From a virus (lineage: Duplodnaviria; Caudoviricetes), in IMG/VR virus record IMGVR_UViG_3300046739_000338, positions 1 to 58,209 of that record: DNA of 58,209 nt. The stretch is one strand, 5' to 3'. Under the pieces are notes generated by a model that worked only from the letters and a program-made list of their open reading frames with translations, ran no database searches and had not been told where the DNA came from. The position numbers and the translations under genes were made by a program. Positions 15,663 through 25,588 of this stretch are shown here, piece after piece (positions within the stretch are counted from its first letter, which is position 1; each line of letters opens with the position of its first letter).

Positions 15663-16903
15663 TGGCGACGACCTTCCTCGAGCCCGGGACGGATGCGACC
15701 CAGGACTTCAGTCTGTGGGGCAATAGCACATCCGTCGATCTCACGGGTGCTCTCACATCGGCCACAGACCAGGCGCATACCGGCACGCGATCGATTAAAT
15801 CGTCGGTCGGCTCAAATACCGGCACGCTGGCCCAAGCCTATACCGGGGATGGGATTTTCTCCGATGCGGGCGGCCGCTTCTCGATCTGGATTCGGCTCAA
15901 CGCCATTCCGGCCACTAATAAAACGGCCATCCTCTGGGTCGGCCAATCCGGGTTTGGCAGTGCGGTCTTTGCGATTGGAGTGGATACGGCCGGGAAAGTG
16001 ACGGTCGGGAATGAAGGCGGCGCGGGCATTCTCGGCACGGGCACGACGGTCGTGAGCGACGCCACATGGACGCGCATTAGTGCGGCGTATGTCATCACCA
16101 GCACGACCAATTGGACGTATAAGCAATGGGTGAACGGCGTGCTGGACTTGACGCTGACAAACTCGCCCACACTGACCACGGTGACATCGGGCGAATTGTG
16201 GGTCGGAGCCTCGCCAGCCTCCAGTGCTGGATTTTCGTTGTGCGAGGCGAATCTGATCGTCTGGGTGGACGATATTTACTGCGACGACTCCAACGCGCTC
16301 ACGGATCCTGGCGACATCCGTGTGACGGCGAAGCGTCCGATCGCGAACGGCACGACGAACGGGTTCACGACGCAGATCGGATCGGGCGGATCAGGAACGG
16401 GCACGGGTCACAGCCCGCAGGTCAACGAGCAGCCGCTGAGCCAGACGAACGGCTGGTCGATGGTTGGCGCGGGGTCGGCGGTGACGGAAGAGTATAACGT
16501 CCAAAGTCTCTCGGCTGGCGATGTCGACCTCACGGGTCAAACGATCGTTGATTGGATGGGCTGGGCGTTCGCGAAGGCGCTGGCGTCTGAGACAGCCTCG
16601 ATCGTCGTCGGGGGTGTGTCGTCGAATATCGCTCTGACCAGCACGCCGACGGCGTTTCAAAAGGCGAAAGGCTCGACGACATATCCGGCCGGCAGCGGTA
16701 CGGATATCGGCATCATCACGAGCACAACGGTGACGACTGTGAGCCTATATGAGTGCGGCGTGCTCATCGCATATACGCCTTCGACGGTGGTCGCAATCGC
16801 GACGCCCGCAGGCGCTGCGAAGTTCGCTGGCCAGGCGCCGTGGTCGTTGGTCGAGGACACCTACGTGCCGCATCTCATCATCAAGAATCGGCTGGCGCCC
16901 TGA
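15662..16903 (+). CDS. Concanavalin/LamG-like lectin-domain structural protein
   Basis: WTRISAAY..QWVNGVL..VWVDDIYCDD; T/G/S-rich. Confidence 0.65.
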   Translation: MATTFLEPGTDATQDFSLWGNSTSVDLTGALTSATDQAHTGTRSIKSSVGSNTGTLAQAYTGDGIFSDAGGRFSIWIRLNAIPATNKTAILWVGQSGFGSAVFAIGVDTAGKVTVGNEGGAGILGTGTTVVSDATWTRISAAYVITSTTNWTYKQWVNGVLDLTLTNSPTLTTVTSGELWVGASPASSAGFSLCEANLIVWVDDIYCDDSNALTDPGDIRVTAKRPIANGTTNGFTTQIGSGGSGTGTGHSPQVNEQPLSQTNGWSMVGAGSAVTEEYNVQSLSAGDVDLTGQTIVDWMGWAFAKALASETASIVVGGVSSNIALTSTPTAFQKAKGSTTYPAGSGTDIGIITSTTVTTVSLYECGVLIAYTPSTVVAIATPAGAAKFAGQAPWSLVEDTYVPHLIIKNRLAP

Positions 16904-17643
16904 TGGCCATTGCCTTCGTGAGCCAGATTGCGGCATCCGGCGCGAATACCTTTACGTCTGGCACGCTTGACACGTCTGGTGCTGATCTCCTTGTCGTGGT
17001 CGTAACCGAGGGCACCGCGGGCGCCGTCACGCTGTCCGACAGCAAATCGAACACGTGGAACCCACTCACCGAACAGAGCGCGGTGGCTCCAGCGTGCGTC
17101 ATCTACTATGCCAAAGCCGCTGGCAAGACGGGCACCGGGCACACGTTCACGGCGACGGGGTCGAGCATCTTCTGCGTGCTCAACGTGATGGCGTTCAGCG
17201 GCAGCGACGCGACGGCTCCGTTCGATCAACAGAATGGAGCCGGCGGCGGATCATTCACGAGCACGGCCGCGCCAGGCAGCATCACGCCGACGGTCGACAA
17301 TGAACTCATCATCTCTGGCTTCGCGTGGAACGCGTCGCTGACGATCACGAGTGTGACGGGTGCGACGGCGTTCTATCAGACGAACTATTCGGGCGGCGCG
17401 AACTACGGCGGCGGCGGCGCCTACGCGATGCAGACGACGGCGACGGCCGCCAATGACGCGTGGAACTTCACGGGCACCATTGCCGGCAACATCGTGACGG
17501 CGTCGTTCAAGGCCGCGAGCGGCGGTTCTATTTCGATTGCGACGCCCGCCGGCGTCTCGCAGTTTATCGGCAAAATCCCTGAGATGGTCGTCAGCGACCA
17601 GTACGCCGCTCACGTGAACATCAAGAATCGGCTGGCGCCCTGA
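16903..17643 (+). CDS. Beta-rich structural protein
   Basis: MAIAFVSQ..DTSGADLLVVVV..SDSKSNTW; C-terminus shared with the previous gene. Confidence 0.65.
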   Translation: MAIAFVSQIAASGANTFTSGTLDTSGADLLVVVVTEGTAGAVTLSDSKSNTWNPLTEQSAVAPACVIYYAKAAGKTGTGHTFTATGSSIFCVLNVMAFSGSDATAPFDQQNGAGGGSFTSTAAPGSITPTVDNELIISGFAWNASLTITSVTGATAFYQTNYSGGANYGGGGAYAMQTTATAANDAWNFTGTIAGNIVTASFKAASGGSISIATPAGVSQFIGKIPEMVVSDQYAAHVNIKNRLAP

Positions 17644-20183
17644 TGGCGATGACGCTGACGTGCCGGGGCACGATCTTCCTCACCACGGCGCAGTCGTCCT
17701 ACACGACGACGCAGACGGCGTATACGCCCGCCGCGCATTCACTGCTCATCGTCGCGGTCAACAACTCGCTGGCCTCGACGCCGCTTGATCCGACCGGCGT
17801 CACGGGGCATGGCGTGACGTTCAGCAAGATCACGCTCGGCACGCGCATCTATGGATCGACGAACTGCATGTCGATCTGGGTCGCGGACTCGGGTGCCGCG
17901 CCATCGAGCACGAAGGTCGTCGCGGACTGGGGTGGCGTGAATCAGACGGGCGCCTGCGTCATTGAGTATGAAGTGACGGGCGCCGACCTGAGCGTGTCGG
18001 CGACGGCGGCCATCGTACAGAAGCCGACGGGGACGAACACGACCGGGACGGGCACCTTGACGTTTGCCGCGCGCGGCAATCCAGCCAACTGCCAGATGTC
18101 ATTTTGGGGGCATGGCCAGAACGAGGCCACGACACCGCGCGCCAGCTGGGTCGAAGACAGCACGATCGCCTCGGATGGCAACTACAACACGCCCGCGACG
18201 GCGCTCGAGGGCCAATACCGCAACGACGGGACGTTCGACACGACGTCGACGGCCACCTGGACGACGACGACCGTGCCGTGGTTGGGCGTTGGATTAGAGA
18301 TTCAGGCGGCACTCGTGACGGCCGTCGGCGTGTTGACGCTCGCTGGGCAAGTCATCTCAGCGGGCCTCGGCGTCTTGGCGACGACTGGCGCACTGCTCTT
18401 CGCTGGACAAGCCCCGACGGTCGTCATGCCGGTGGTCCTCTCGCCGCCAGCGGCTTCCCTGAACCTCGTCGGCCAGTACCTGACGGTGCAGTTTCTTGGT
18501 GCATCGAACGGCGTCCTCACGTTCGCCGGGCAAGTGCCCACGGTCGCGGTCGGCGGGCCGGTCAACATCGCTGTCCCGAACGGCGTCCTCACGTTCGCCG
18601 GACAAATCCCGTCGATTCCAGGCGCCGGCACGATTCCCGTGCCGGTCGGCTCGTTGCTCTTCACCGGGCAGTATCCAGGCATCGCGACCCTCGGCCCACC
18701 GCGCGGATCGTTGGTGTTCGCGGGGCAAGTGCCAACGGTCGTGGCGGGTGGGCCTGGCACGAACATTCCCGTGCCTCAGGGCGTCCTCGCGTTTGTTGGG
18801 CAGACTCCCTCACAGGGTCTTGGTAACGCGACACCATCTGGCTTGGTGTTCTTCGCTGGCACGTGGGTCTCGGTCCAGTTCAACGATCCGGCGCCAGGTG
18901 TCCTGACGTTTGCTGGGCAAGTCCCGTCGCTGCAGTTCAATTTCTTCATTGCGCCGCCGAGCGGTGTGCTCACGTTTGCGGGGCAGTCGCCATCACTAGC
19001 GACGACCGACGCCATCCCATCCGGGATCTTGACGCTCGCCGGTACGCTTCCGACGACTGGACTCGGCAACGCCACGCCTGTCGGGTCGTTGTTGTTTGCG
19101 GGCCAGGTGCCGACGGCGAGCGTGGCTGGGCAACTCACAATCCCCACGCCTGCCGGCGCGTTGCTGTTGGCCGGACAGGTGCCTGTCGATGGCCTCGGGA
19201 ATGCCATGCCAGCCGGCGCATTGCTCTTTGCCGGACAAGTTCCGACGCTGAGCCTCGGCGGCGGCGCAACGACGATCGCCATTCCTGCTGGCCTCCTGAC
19301 ATTCGCAGGACAGACACCCACAGATGGGTTGGGCGTTGGCACGCCCAACGGCATCCTGACGTTCGTCGGGCAAGCGCCGTCCCTTGGGGGCACGGGCAAC
19401 ATCAGCACGCCGGCTGGTGCGCTGGTCTTCAGTGGTCAGGTTCCGGCAGAACTCACCGGAGAAGGTGTCCCAGTCGGCGCGCTGCTCTTTGCAGGCCAGA
19501 TCCCTGCGCTGCAGTTCAACTTCGTCATCAGCACGCCTGCAGGAGCGTTGCTCTTCGCTGGTCAAGTGCCGACGCCGGTCTTCACCGGCGGCATCGCGCC
19601 GCCGACGGGCGCCGTGCTCTTCGCCGGGCAGACGCCGACGCTCAACTTCACCTATACGCTCGCGGTGCCGTCCGGCGTATTGACCCTTGCGGGCCAGCTG
19701 CCGTCGACGAACCTCGGCGTGGCGACTCCAGCGGGAGCCCTCCTCCTGGCCGGCAAGATTCCGGCGACGGGCGCGGGCATCGCGCCTCCCAGCGGAGTGC
19801 TGACATTTGCGGGGCAAACGCCTGCACTTTCCGCGCCCGTCGTCGTGCCGATTCCGGCCGGTGTGCTGCTCCTGGCTGGACAGCCACCCTCTATCTCAGG
19901 ACTCGCACGCATACCGGCCGGTGCCGTGCTCTTCGCAGGGCAGACGCCGAGCCTGCAGTTCGCCATCAGCCCGCCCTCAGGTGCGCTGCTATTCGCAGGC
20001 AAGGCGCCGAACGTCAAGTCTGATTACTTTATCGTCGTGCCGACCGGCGCGCTCGTCTTCGCGGGCCTGCGCACGGGCGGGCGGTTCCCGGATGACATGC
20101 TGATCGCGAGCCAGTCGATCGTCGAGCAGAAACGCACTGAGTCGATCGTCGAGCAGCAGCGCACGGAGACCTATACGCTATGA
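17643..20183 (+). CDS. Repeat-rich fibre/scaffold protein (about 28 GxLxFAGQxP repeats)
   Basis: About 220-aa head, then 28 counted repeats of roughly 20-25 aa. Confidence 0.8.
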   Translation: MAMTLTCRGTIFLTTAQSSYTTTQTAYTPAAHSLLIVAVNNSLASTPLDPTGVTGHGVTFSKITLGTRIYGSTNCMSIWVADSGAAPSSTKVVADWGGVNQTGACVIEYEVTGADLSVSATAAIVQKPTGTNTTGTGTLTFAARGNPANCQMSFWGHGQNEATTPRASWVEDSTIASDGNYNTPATALEGQYRNDGTFDTTSTATWTTTTVPWLGVGLEIQAALVTAVGVLTLAGQVISAGLGVLATTGALLFAGQAPTVVMPVVLSPPAASLNLVGQYLTVQFLGASNGVLTFAGQVPTVAVGGPVNIAVPNGVLTFAGQIPSIPGAGTIPVPVGSLLFTGQYPGIATLGPPRGSLVFAGQVPTVVAGGPGTNIPVPQGVLAFVGQTPSQGLGNATPSGLVFFAGTWVSVQFNDPAPGVLTFAGQVPSLQFNFFIAPPSGVLTFAGQSPSLATTDAIPSGILTLAGTLPTTGLGNATPVGSLLFAGQVPTASVAGQLTIPTPAGALLLAGQVPVDGLGNAMPAGALLFAGQVPTLSLGGGATTIAIPAGLLTFAGQTPTDGLGVGTPNGILTFVGQAPSLGGTGNISTPAGALVFSGQVPAELTGEGVPVGALLFAGQIPALQFNFVISTPAGALLFAGQVPTPVFTGGIAPPTGAVLFAGQTPTLNFTYTLAVPSGVLTLAGQLPSTNLGVATPAGALLLAGKIPATGAGIAPPSGVLTFAGQTPALSAPVVVPIPAGVLLLAGQPPSISGLARIPAGAVLFAGQTPSLQFAISPPSGALLFAGKAPNVKSDYFIVVPTGALVFAGLRTGGRFPDDMLIASQSIVEQKRTESIVEQQRTETYTL

Positions 20184-20533
20184 GTGTGATTCTGTCGCTC
20201 ACCGACGGATGGACGGGGATGCTCGGGCCGTTCACCTTGAAGGTCGACGGCGCGCCGATCAGCCTTTCGGGGTTCACGGTGGCCCTCGTGCTGCACGATC
20301 CGACGGGCGCCCTCGTGACGCCTGGCGGTACGGTGACCGTCGATCCCGATCAGGTCGGGCATCCAGGGCAGGTCTCGTATCAGCCCGTGGCGACGGACTT
20401 CGTCTACAGCGGATCGTTTCCCTACGCGCATCAGCAACCCTATACGCTGCACTGGAAGGTGACCGACTTGGCGAACAAGGTCGTCTTCTTCCCGAACGGC
20501 CAGGCGGACTTCATCAACGTGTACAAGGCCTAA
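20180..20533 (+). CDS. BppU-like adaptor protein
   Basis: FTLKVDGAPISLSGFTV..GQVSYQPVATDF..WKVT..FP. Confidence 0.55.
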   Translation: MSVILSLTDGWTGMLGPFTLKVDGAPISLSGFTVALVLHDPTGALVTPGGTVTVDPDQVGHPGQVSYQPVATDFVYSGSFPYAHQQPYTLHWKVTDLANKVVFFPNGQADFINVYKA

Positions 20534-20536
20534 CCG

Positions 20537-22501
20537 ATGGCAAAGACCAAGACGGAGCCGCGCACCGCCGAGATGGCCCCGACGGACATTCAACGGCCGA
20601 GTCGCGCACGGACGGAACGCCGGTCAGCCGAACTGCAGCAGGTCCTGCGGTCACTCGACGTGCTGCTCGACCGGCAGGCCTTCATGCAGATGGCGGGCCT
20701 GCAGTTCGACGGGCGCCGCGACCTGTACCAAATCTTCGGCTACGACCGCATCATCACCGCGCATCAGTACCGAGAAGTATACCTGCGCGGCGGCGTGGCG
20801 AAGCAGATCGTCGAGGCGTTCCCGAAGGCCACGTGGCGCGGAGGCGTCGAGGTCTACGAGGATGAAGATGCCAGCGTGTCCACGCCCTTCGAGCAGGCCT
20901 TCGAGGTGCTGGAGAAGAAACATCACATCTTCAACACGTTGTTGTCTGCCGACATCCTCGCGGGGCTGAGCACGTATTCGGTCATCCTCGTGGGTGCGCC
21001 AGGCAACTTGCAGGAGGAGCTACCGAAAGGCAACCCCGACAGCCTGCTGTACTTGGCTCCCTTCTGGGGCGGCGGCGGCCCGGGAGACCAGAGTCGCTCG
21101 ACGAGCATGCGGACGCAGGCCTCGGACACGGACGTCACGATCGAGAGTTTCGAGGTCGACCCGTCGCAGCCTCGGTTCGGCGAGCCGCTGACCTACCGCA
21201 TTCGCCGCACGGACATCTCGTCACCGATGCTGGCGCGCGAGGTCCATTGGTCGCGCGTGATCCACATCTGCGAAGGGGCGCTCGACAGCAGCGTCTACGG
21301 GACGCCGACGCTGGAGAGCATCTGGAACCTGCTGATGGACCTGGAGAAGGTGACGGGCGGCGGGTCGGAATCCTACTTCCAGCGCGCGAAGCACGCCCTG
21401 CACCTGAATATCGACAAGGACACGGCGTTTTCGCCCGACGACCTCACGGCGTTGAAAACGAAGCTCGATGAGTTTCAGCACAACATCACGACGGCGTTGC
21501 CGACGCGCGGCGTCGATGTGAAGATGCTGGAAGCCGCGGTGGCGAACTTCTCGCCGGCCGTCGACTCGATCATCAAGCAGATCGCCGGCAGCAAGGGCAT
21601 TCCGCAGCGCATCCTGACCGGATCGGAGATGGGCACGCTGGCCTCGGAGCAGGATGCGGCGAACTTCGACAGCCGCGTACAGGACCGGCGCACGGGCTAC
21701 GCGGGACCGATGATCGCGCGGCGACTGATCGACCGGTTGATCGACTACGGCTACCTGCCGACGCCGAAGCAATACGACATCGGCTGGCCGGTCGAAGAGA
21801 ACATGGACGAGGCCGGTCGGGCGGCGTTCGCCGAGCAACTCGCCAAGGTCAACCAGACGTTCGGCGCGCTCGTGTTCACCCAGGACGAGATCCGCGAGAA
21901 GGCGTTCGACCTCGAACCGTTGCCCGAGATGACGTCGAGCGAACAGTTGTCCGAACCCGAGAAGGCCGTGCTGGCCGACAAGTTGACGCTGGCCAACAAG
22001 CAGCAGGGCGTGACGGTGTTCACGGACGACGAAATCCGCAAGATTGCCTATGACTTCGAGCCGCTGCCAGAGGGCGAGAAGGTCGCCATCGGGGCGCCCG
22101 AACGCATCACCGTGACGGCGCCGCCGCCCATCGGAGAAGAGGGGACGCCGATGCCGCAGGCGCAGGAGGGCCAGCCGAAGCCGGTGGCCAAGCCGGCGGT
22201 GCCAGCCCCGACCCTGCAGGCGGCCGAGCTCCACACCTTGCTGCGCGACCTGGAGACGGCCATCGAGCGACAGGACTTGGCCGCGGTCGGCCGGTTGCTG
22301 GACTTCGGCGACAGCATGAACGTCGAGAAGGCGCTGGCGTATCTCGGCCACGGCATCCCCGTCATGCTGCGGCCTGACAGTCCGCTGGTGGTCTGGGTGA
22401 ACGCGCGGGACAAGTCGGGTGTGCTCGTCAATGACACGTACGAATCGCTGAAAGCCGCATGGGATGCCGAGCAGGACAAAGGGATCAACCCCAGTGGGTA
22501 G
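20537..22501 (+). CDS. Portal protein (DUF1073-like) with C-terminal extension
   Basis: YLRGGVAKQIVEAFP, VHWSRVIH, IAGSKGIPQRILTGSEMG; precedes the MuF gene. Confidence 0.85.
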   Translation: MAKTKTEPRTAEMAPTDIQRPSRARTERRSAELQQVLRSLDVLLDRQAFMQMAGLQFDGRRDLYQIFGYDRIITAHQYREVYLRGGVAKQIVEAFPKATWRGGVEVYEDEDASVSTPFEQAFEVLEKKHHIFNTLLSADILAGLSTYSVILVGAPGNLQEELPKGNPDSLLYLAPFWGGGGPGDQSRSTSMRTQASDTDVTIESFEVDPSQPRFGEPLTYRIRRTDISSPMLAREVHWSRVIHICEGALDSSVYGTPTLESIWNLLMDLEKVTGGGSESYFQRAKHALHLNIDKDTAFSPDDLTALKTKLDEFQHNITTALPTRGVDVKMLEAAVANFSPAVDSIIKQIAGSKGIPQRILTGSEMGTLASEQDAANFDSRVQDRRTGYAGPMIARRLIDRLIDYGYLPTPKQYDIGWPVEENMDEAGRAAFAEQLAKVNQTFGALVFTQDEIREKAFDLEPLPEMTSSEQLSEPEKAVLADKLTLANKQQGVTVFTDDEIRKIAYDFEPLPEGEKVAIGAPERITVTAPPPIGEEGTPMPQAQEGQPKPVAKPAVPAPTLQAAELHTLLRDLETAIERQDLAAVGRLLDFGDSMNVEKALAYLGHGIPVMLRPDSPLVVWVNARDKSGVLVNDTYESLKAAWDAEQDKGINPSG

Positions 22502-23291
22502 CCTCGCCCCTCGGCAAGCGGCGCTCCTCTTGGTTGCGGCCTCTCGGCATGCACGCCACCTGAAGACCTATCGCCCAGAAACCCCCGTCCACGCCGCCGC
22601 TGACAAGCACCTGAAGCCGATGCTGAAGGTGATTCACCGCGCCATCGCGCGCGGGCGGTATGCTCTCGGCCACGCCGGCAAGCCGAACGTCGACGGCGCG
22701 GCGAACACCATCAAGCTCGAACTGCTGCACGGGCTGCGGGCGCCGCTGCTGGCAACGCTCATCGACGGCGGGAAAGCGGCACTCGGGATGCTGAAACAGC
22801 GACGGGCCGCAGAAGGTCGCACCCTCGCCGACCCCACGTTCACGATGCGCTTCGATGCCGAGTCTCCTGACGCCATCGCCTGGGCTGAGGAGCACGCCGG
22901 TCTACTGGCCACGCAGATCAGCGACACGACGCGCCAGCGCATCAGAGACGCCATCGTCGCGGCCCTCGAAGGCGACGGCATCGACGCGGCCTACAGCGAC
23001 ATCGAGGACGCGGTGGGCGACGAGGCGCGCGCCGAGCTGATCGCGCGCACCGAGATCATGACCGCGGCGAACGAGGGGCAGCGCGAGGCGTGGGATCAGG
23101 CCATCGAGGCGGGCCTGCTGACTGGCAACGAGAAGAAGGAATGGATCGCCACGGGCGACGCGAACGTCTGCCCGCAGTGCGACGAGTTGGATGGGACGGT
23201 CGTGGGGCTCGACGAGCAGTATCCGGATGACGGCGGGGACGGGCCGCCGGCACATCCGAACTGCCGGTGCACGGAAGGAATTGTGGGATGA
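22464..23291 (+). CDS. MuF-like minor head protein
   Basis: RAELIARTE, KEWIATGD..CPQC..PPAHPNCRC. Confidence 0.92.
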   Translation: MPSRTKGSTPVGSLAPRQAALLLVAASRHARHLKTYRPETPVHAAADKHLKPMLKVIHRAIARGRYALGHAGKPNVDGAANTIKLELLHGLRAPLLATLIDGGKAALGMLKQRRAAEGRTLADPTFTMRFDAESPDAIAWAEEHAGLLATQISDTTRQRIRDAIVAALEGDGIDAAYSDIEDAVGDEARAELIARTEIMTAANEGQREAWDQAIEAGLLTGNEKKEWIATGDANVCPQCDELDGTVVGLDEQYPDDGGDGPPAHPNCRCTEGIVG

Positions 23292-23295
23292 GGCG

Positions 23296-23565
23296 ATGGG
23301 ACTACTACAAGTGACGGTCTCGTTTGTGCCATACCTCGTGGATCACATCTTCCCGATGCTGAACTTCGTCGGCATCATCCTCGCGCTCATCGGCCTGCAG
23401 TACGTGCGCGTGGCGCAGGAGGACGCGAAGAAGGCCGCGTCTGAGGCTCGGAAGGTGGCGGAGGATGTGAAGAAGATTGTCGCGGACCGCGCGCCGCAGA
23501 TCGAGCGGTTCAAGCAGCAGCTCGACCAGTTGACGGACCCCAAAGGCCGGCATGACCAGCCTTGA
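23296..23565 (+). CDS. Membrane-anchored coiled-coil protein
   Basis: One TM segment followed by a charged coil. Confidence 0.55.
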   Translation: MGLLQVTVSFVPYLVDHIFPMLNFVGIILALIGLQYVRVAQEDAKKAASEARKVAEDVKKIVADRAPQIERFKQQLDQLTDPKGRHDQP

Positions 23566-23923
23566 ACTCGCGAAAGCGGCGACGGCGCTGCCGCTCACGG
23601 CGCTGTTGCTGCTCGTGCTGATTGGGGGCTACGTCGAGTGGTGGATCTACGGGTCGTTGCACCGGGCGCAGGTGGCGGACTTGCAGAAGCAGATCAGTGA
23701 GGAGACGGCGCGGGCGGATAAATGGGAAGGGCGGTTTCTGGAAGTGAATCAGAAGCTGGATCAATTGGGGCGGACGACCCGCGCGATTGGCAACGCCGTC
23801 GATGGGACCGCCTCGCGCGCCGAAGACAAGCTCGCGAGCGTCGAGCAATCGTTGGAAAAGGTTACCACCGAACTGGCCGAGATCAAGGCGCGCGGCCAGC
23901 AACGCCGCGAGGGAGATAAATAG
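23552..23923 (+). CDS. Membrane-anchored coiled-coil protein (holin/spanin-like?)
   Basis: N-terminal TM segment plus heptads. Confidence 0.55.
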   Translation: MTSLELAKAATALPLTALLLLVLIGGYVEWWIYGSLHRAQVADLQKQISEETARADKWEGRFLEVNQKLDQLGRTTRAIGNAVDGTASRAEDKLASVEQSLEKVTTELAEIKARGQQRREGDK

Positions 23924-24124
23924 ATGGGCATCATCAGTCTCTTGATCACGTTGCTCCTCTTCGTGCTCGTCGTGCTCGTCGTCAAGTGGGTGCTCGGCGA
24001 ATTAGGCGTCCCGGCCAACATCCAGAAGGTCGTCATGGTGATCCTCGCCTTGCTGTTCTTGCTGTGGCTACTGCAAGGCATCGGCACGATCGCCCCGCTG
24101 TCGACGTGGCGCTTTCCGAGGTAG
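23924..24124 (+). CDS. Small two-TM membrane protein
   Basis: Two hydrophobic helices; GGGAG RBS. Confidence 0.65.
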   Translation: MGIISLLITLLLFVLVVLVVKWVLGELGVPANIQKVVMVILALLFLLWLLQGIGTIAPLSTWRFPR

Positions 24125-24133
24125 GAGAGGCTA

Positions 24134-24280
24134 ATGAATTACGGCGCACATTACAGTCGGTTGATCGAGCGCGCAGAAAGGCGCGTTCTCGACGGCTATT
24201 TTGAACGGCATCATGTGGTGCCTCGTTGTATCGACCGTTCCTCAAATTATCGGGTCGCGTTAACTCCAGAAGAGCATTAA
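24134..24280 (+). pseudogene. Truncated HNH homing endonuclease remnant
   Basis: Own translation MNYGAHYSRLIERAERRVLDGYFERHHVVPRCIDRSSNYRVALTPEEH*; RBS GGAGAGG. Confidence 0.7.
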
Positions 24281-25588
24281 ATGCCATACCACATCATAAA
24301 TAGCGGCGATAAGTTTGTCGTTGAAAAGCAAGATGGTTCTAAACGATTCGGGACGCACGATACAAAGGCTGAAGCAGAAAAGCAAATGGCCGCTCTCTAT
24401 GCCGCTGAACCGAAGGTGGCAGAATCGAGGGCTTTACATCTACTTGGAGCCATCGGGAAAGTGCGGACGGACATGGTTGGGAAACTGGAACATCTCATCG
24501 TTCCCGTTGTTGCGTTAATAGAGGGCGTAATACATGCCGTTAACTCGGATTATCCCGAACTGGTACCTGTGAAGACGCTGCAGCAGATGGCGAAAACGTT
24601 TAACGATAAACCCATCACGTTAGGTCATCCAAAGAAGGACGGTAAGCAGTGCTCTGCCAGTGATGCGGCGGCACTCGGCTCACATATTGGGTTTATCCGC
24701 AATGCCCGAGTTGAGGGTAAAAAACTGTTGATGGAGGCTTTGATCGATACGTCGAAAGCAAAGAAACTCGATCCGAATATGTACGCCCGCCTCGAACAAG
24801 GTGGCACTGAAGAAGTCTCTGTTGGTGCGCTAGTGGTGACTGACAAGCAGCCCGGTGAGTGGCTTGGTCCACAAGAAATAAAAAAGCCTTACAAGGCAAC
24901 CTGGGTGGCAGGTGAAGGAGACCATCTCGCATTTTTAAATACGCGAGGTGCTTGTAGTGTCTCGATGGGCTGCGGGACGCATCGGGCCGCCATGCGGGTG
25001 TGCGGTGACCATTTGGAGGACGACGTGGATTCAATCATCGACCCGGAGACGCTGCGGTGCCTGCGCGACATTCCGCAGTCGGCGCGCGACAAGATGAGTG
25101 CCTCAGACTTTGCAGGTCCCAATGAGAGCTTCCCCATCTCGACGCAGGCGGACGTCGACGCGGCGGCGCACCTCATCGGCAAGGCGGCGGACCCAGAAGC
25201 CGTCAATCGGAAGATCATCGCCATCGCCAAGCGCAAAGGCCTCACGCTTCCAGCGGCGTGGCAGTCGATGAAGGCGGCTGCTGGAAGCATGATGGAGTGC
25301 CCCACGTGTGACGGCGAGGGCACGGTCGGCGGCAACGACTGCCCGACGTGCGACGGTGAAGGCGAAATCCCGGTGAGTAGCAAATACGCCGAGGATGCGC
25401 GGGTGCTGGCTGGGGCACGACATTCAGCGAAGGATGCATCCGTGATACAGCAGATGCATGACCACACGATGACCCTCGGGGCCGCGTGTGACAGGGGGAA
25501 CATGAAGATGGCTGAACAGCATCTCGTGTCCATCGACGATCCCAACTTGGTGTATATCCACCGAGTCAAGAAAACGGCGGTGACGTAA
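24281..25588 (+). CDS. Prohead protease (DUF2213-like) with accessory domains including a DnaJ-type zinc finger
   Basis: FNDKPITLGHP, EVSVG, DHLAFL..GACS..GCG; CPTCDGEG x2. Confidence 0.78.
   Translation: MPYHIINSGDKFVVEKQDGSKRFGTHDTKAEAEKQMAALYAAEPKVAESRALHLLGAIGKVRTDMVGKLEHLIVPVVALIEGVIHAVNSDYPELVPVKTLQQMAKTFNDKPITLGHPKKDGKQCSASDAAALGSHIGFIRNARVEGKKLLMEALIDTSKAKKLDPNMYARLEQGGTEEVSVGALVVTDKQPGEWLGPQEIKKPYKATWVAGEGDHLAFLNTRGACSVSMGCGTHRAAMRVCGDHLEDDVDSIIDPETLRCLRDIPQSARDKMSASDFAGPNESFPISTQADVDAAAHLIGKAADPEAVNRKIIAIAKRKGLTLPAAWQSMKAAAGSMMECPTCDGEGTVGGNDCPTCDGEGEIPVSSKYAEDARVLAGARHSAKDASVIQQMHDHTMTLGAACDRGNMKMAEQHLVSIDDPNLVYIHRVKKTAVT

Noticed and set aside
20110-20170. 27-bp tandem duplication (SIVEQKRTE/SIVEQQRTE)
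   Set aside because: It is a two-copy local duplication at a protein C-terminus with no further structure.
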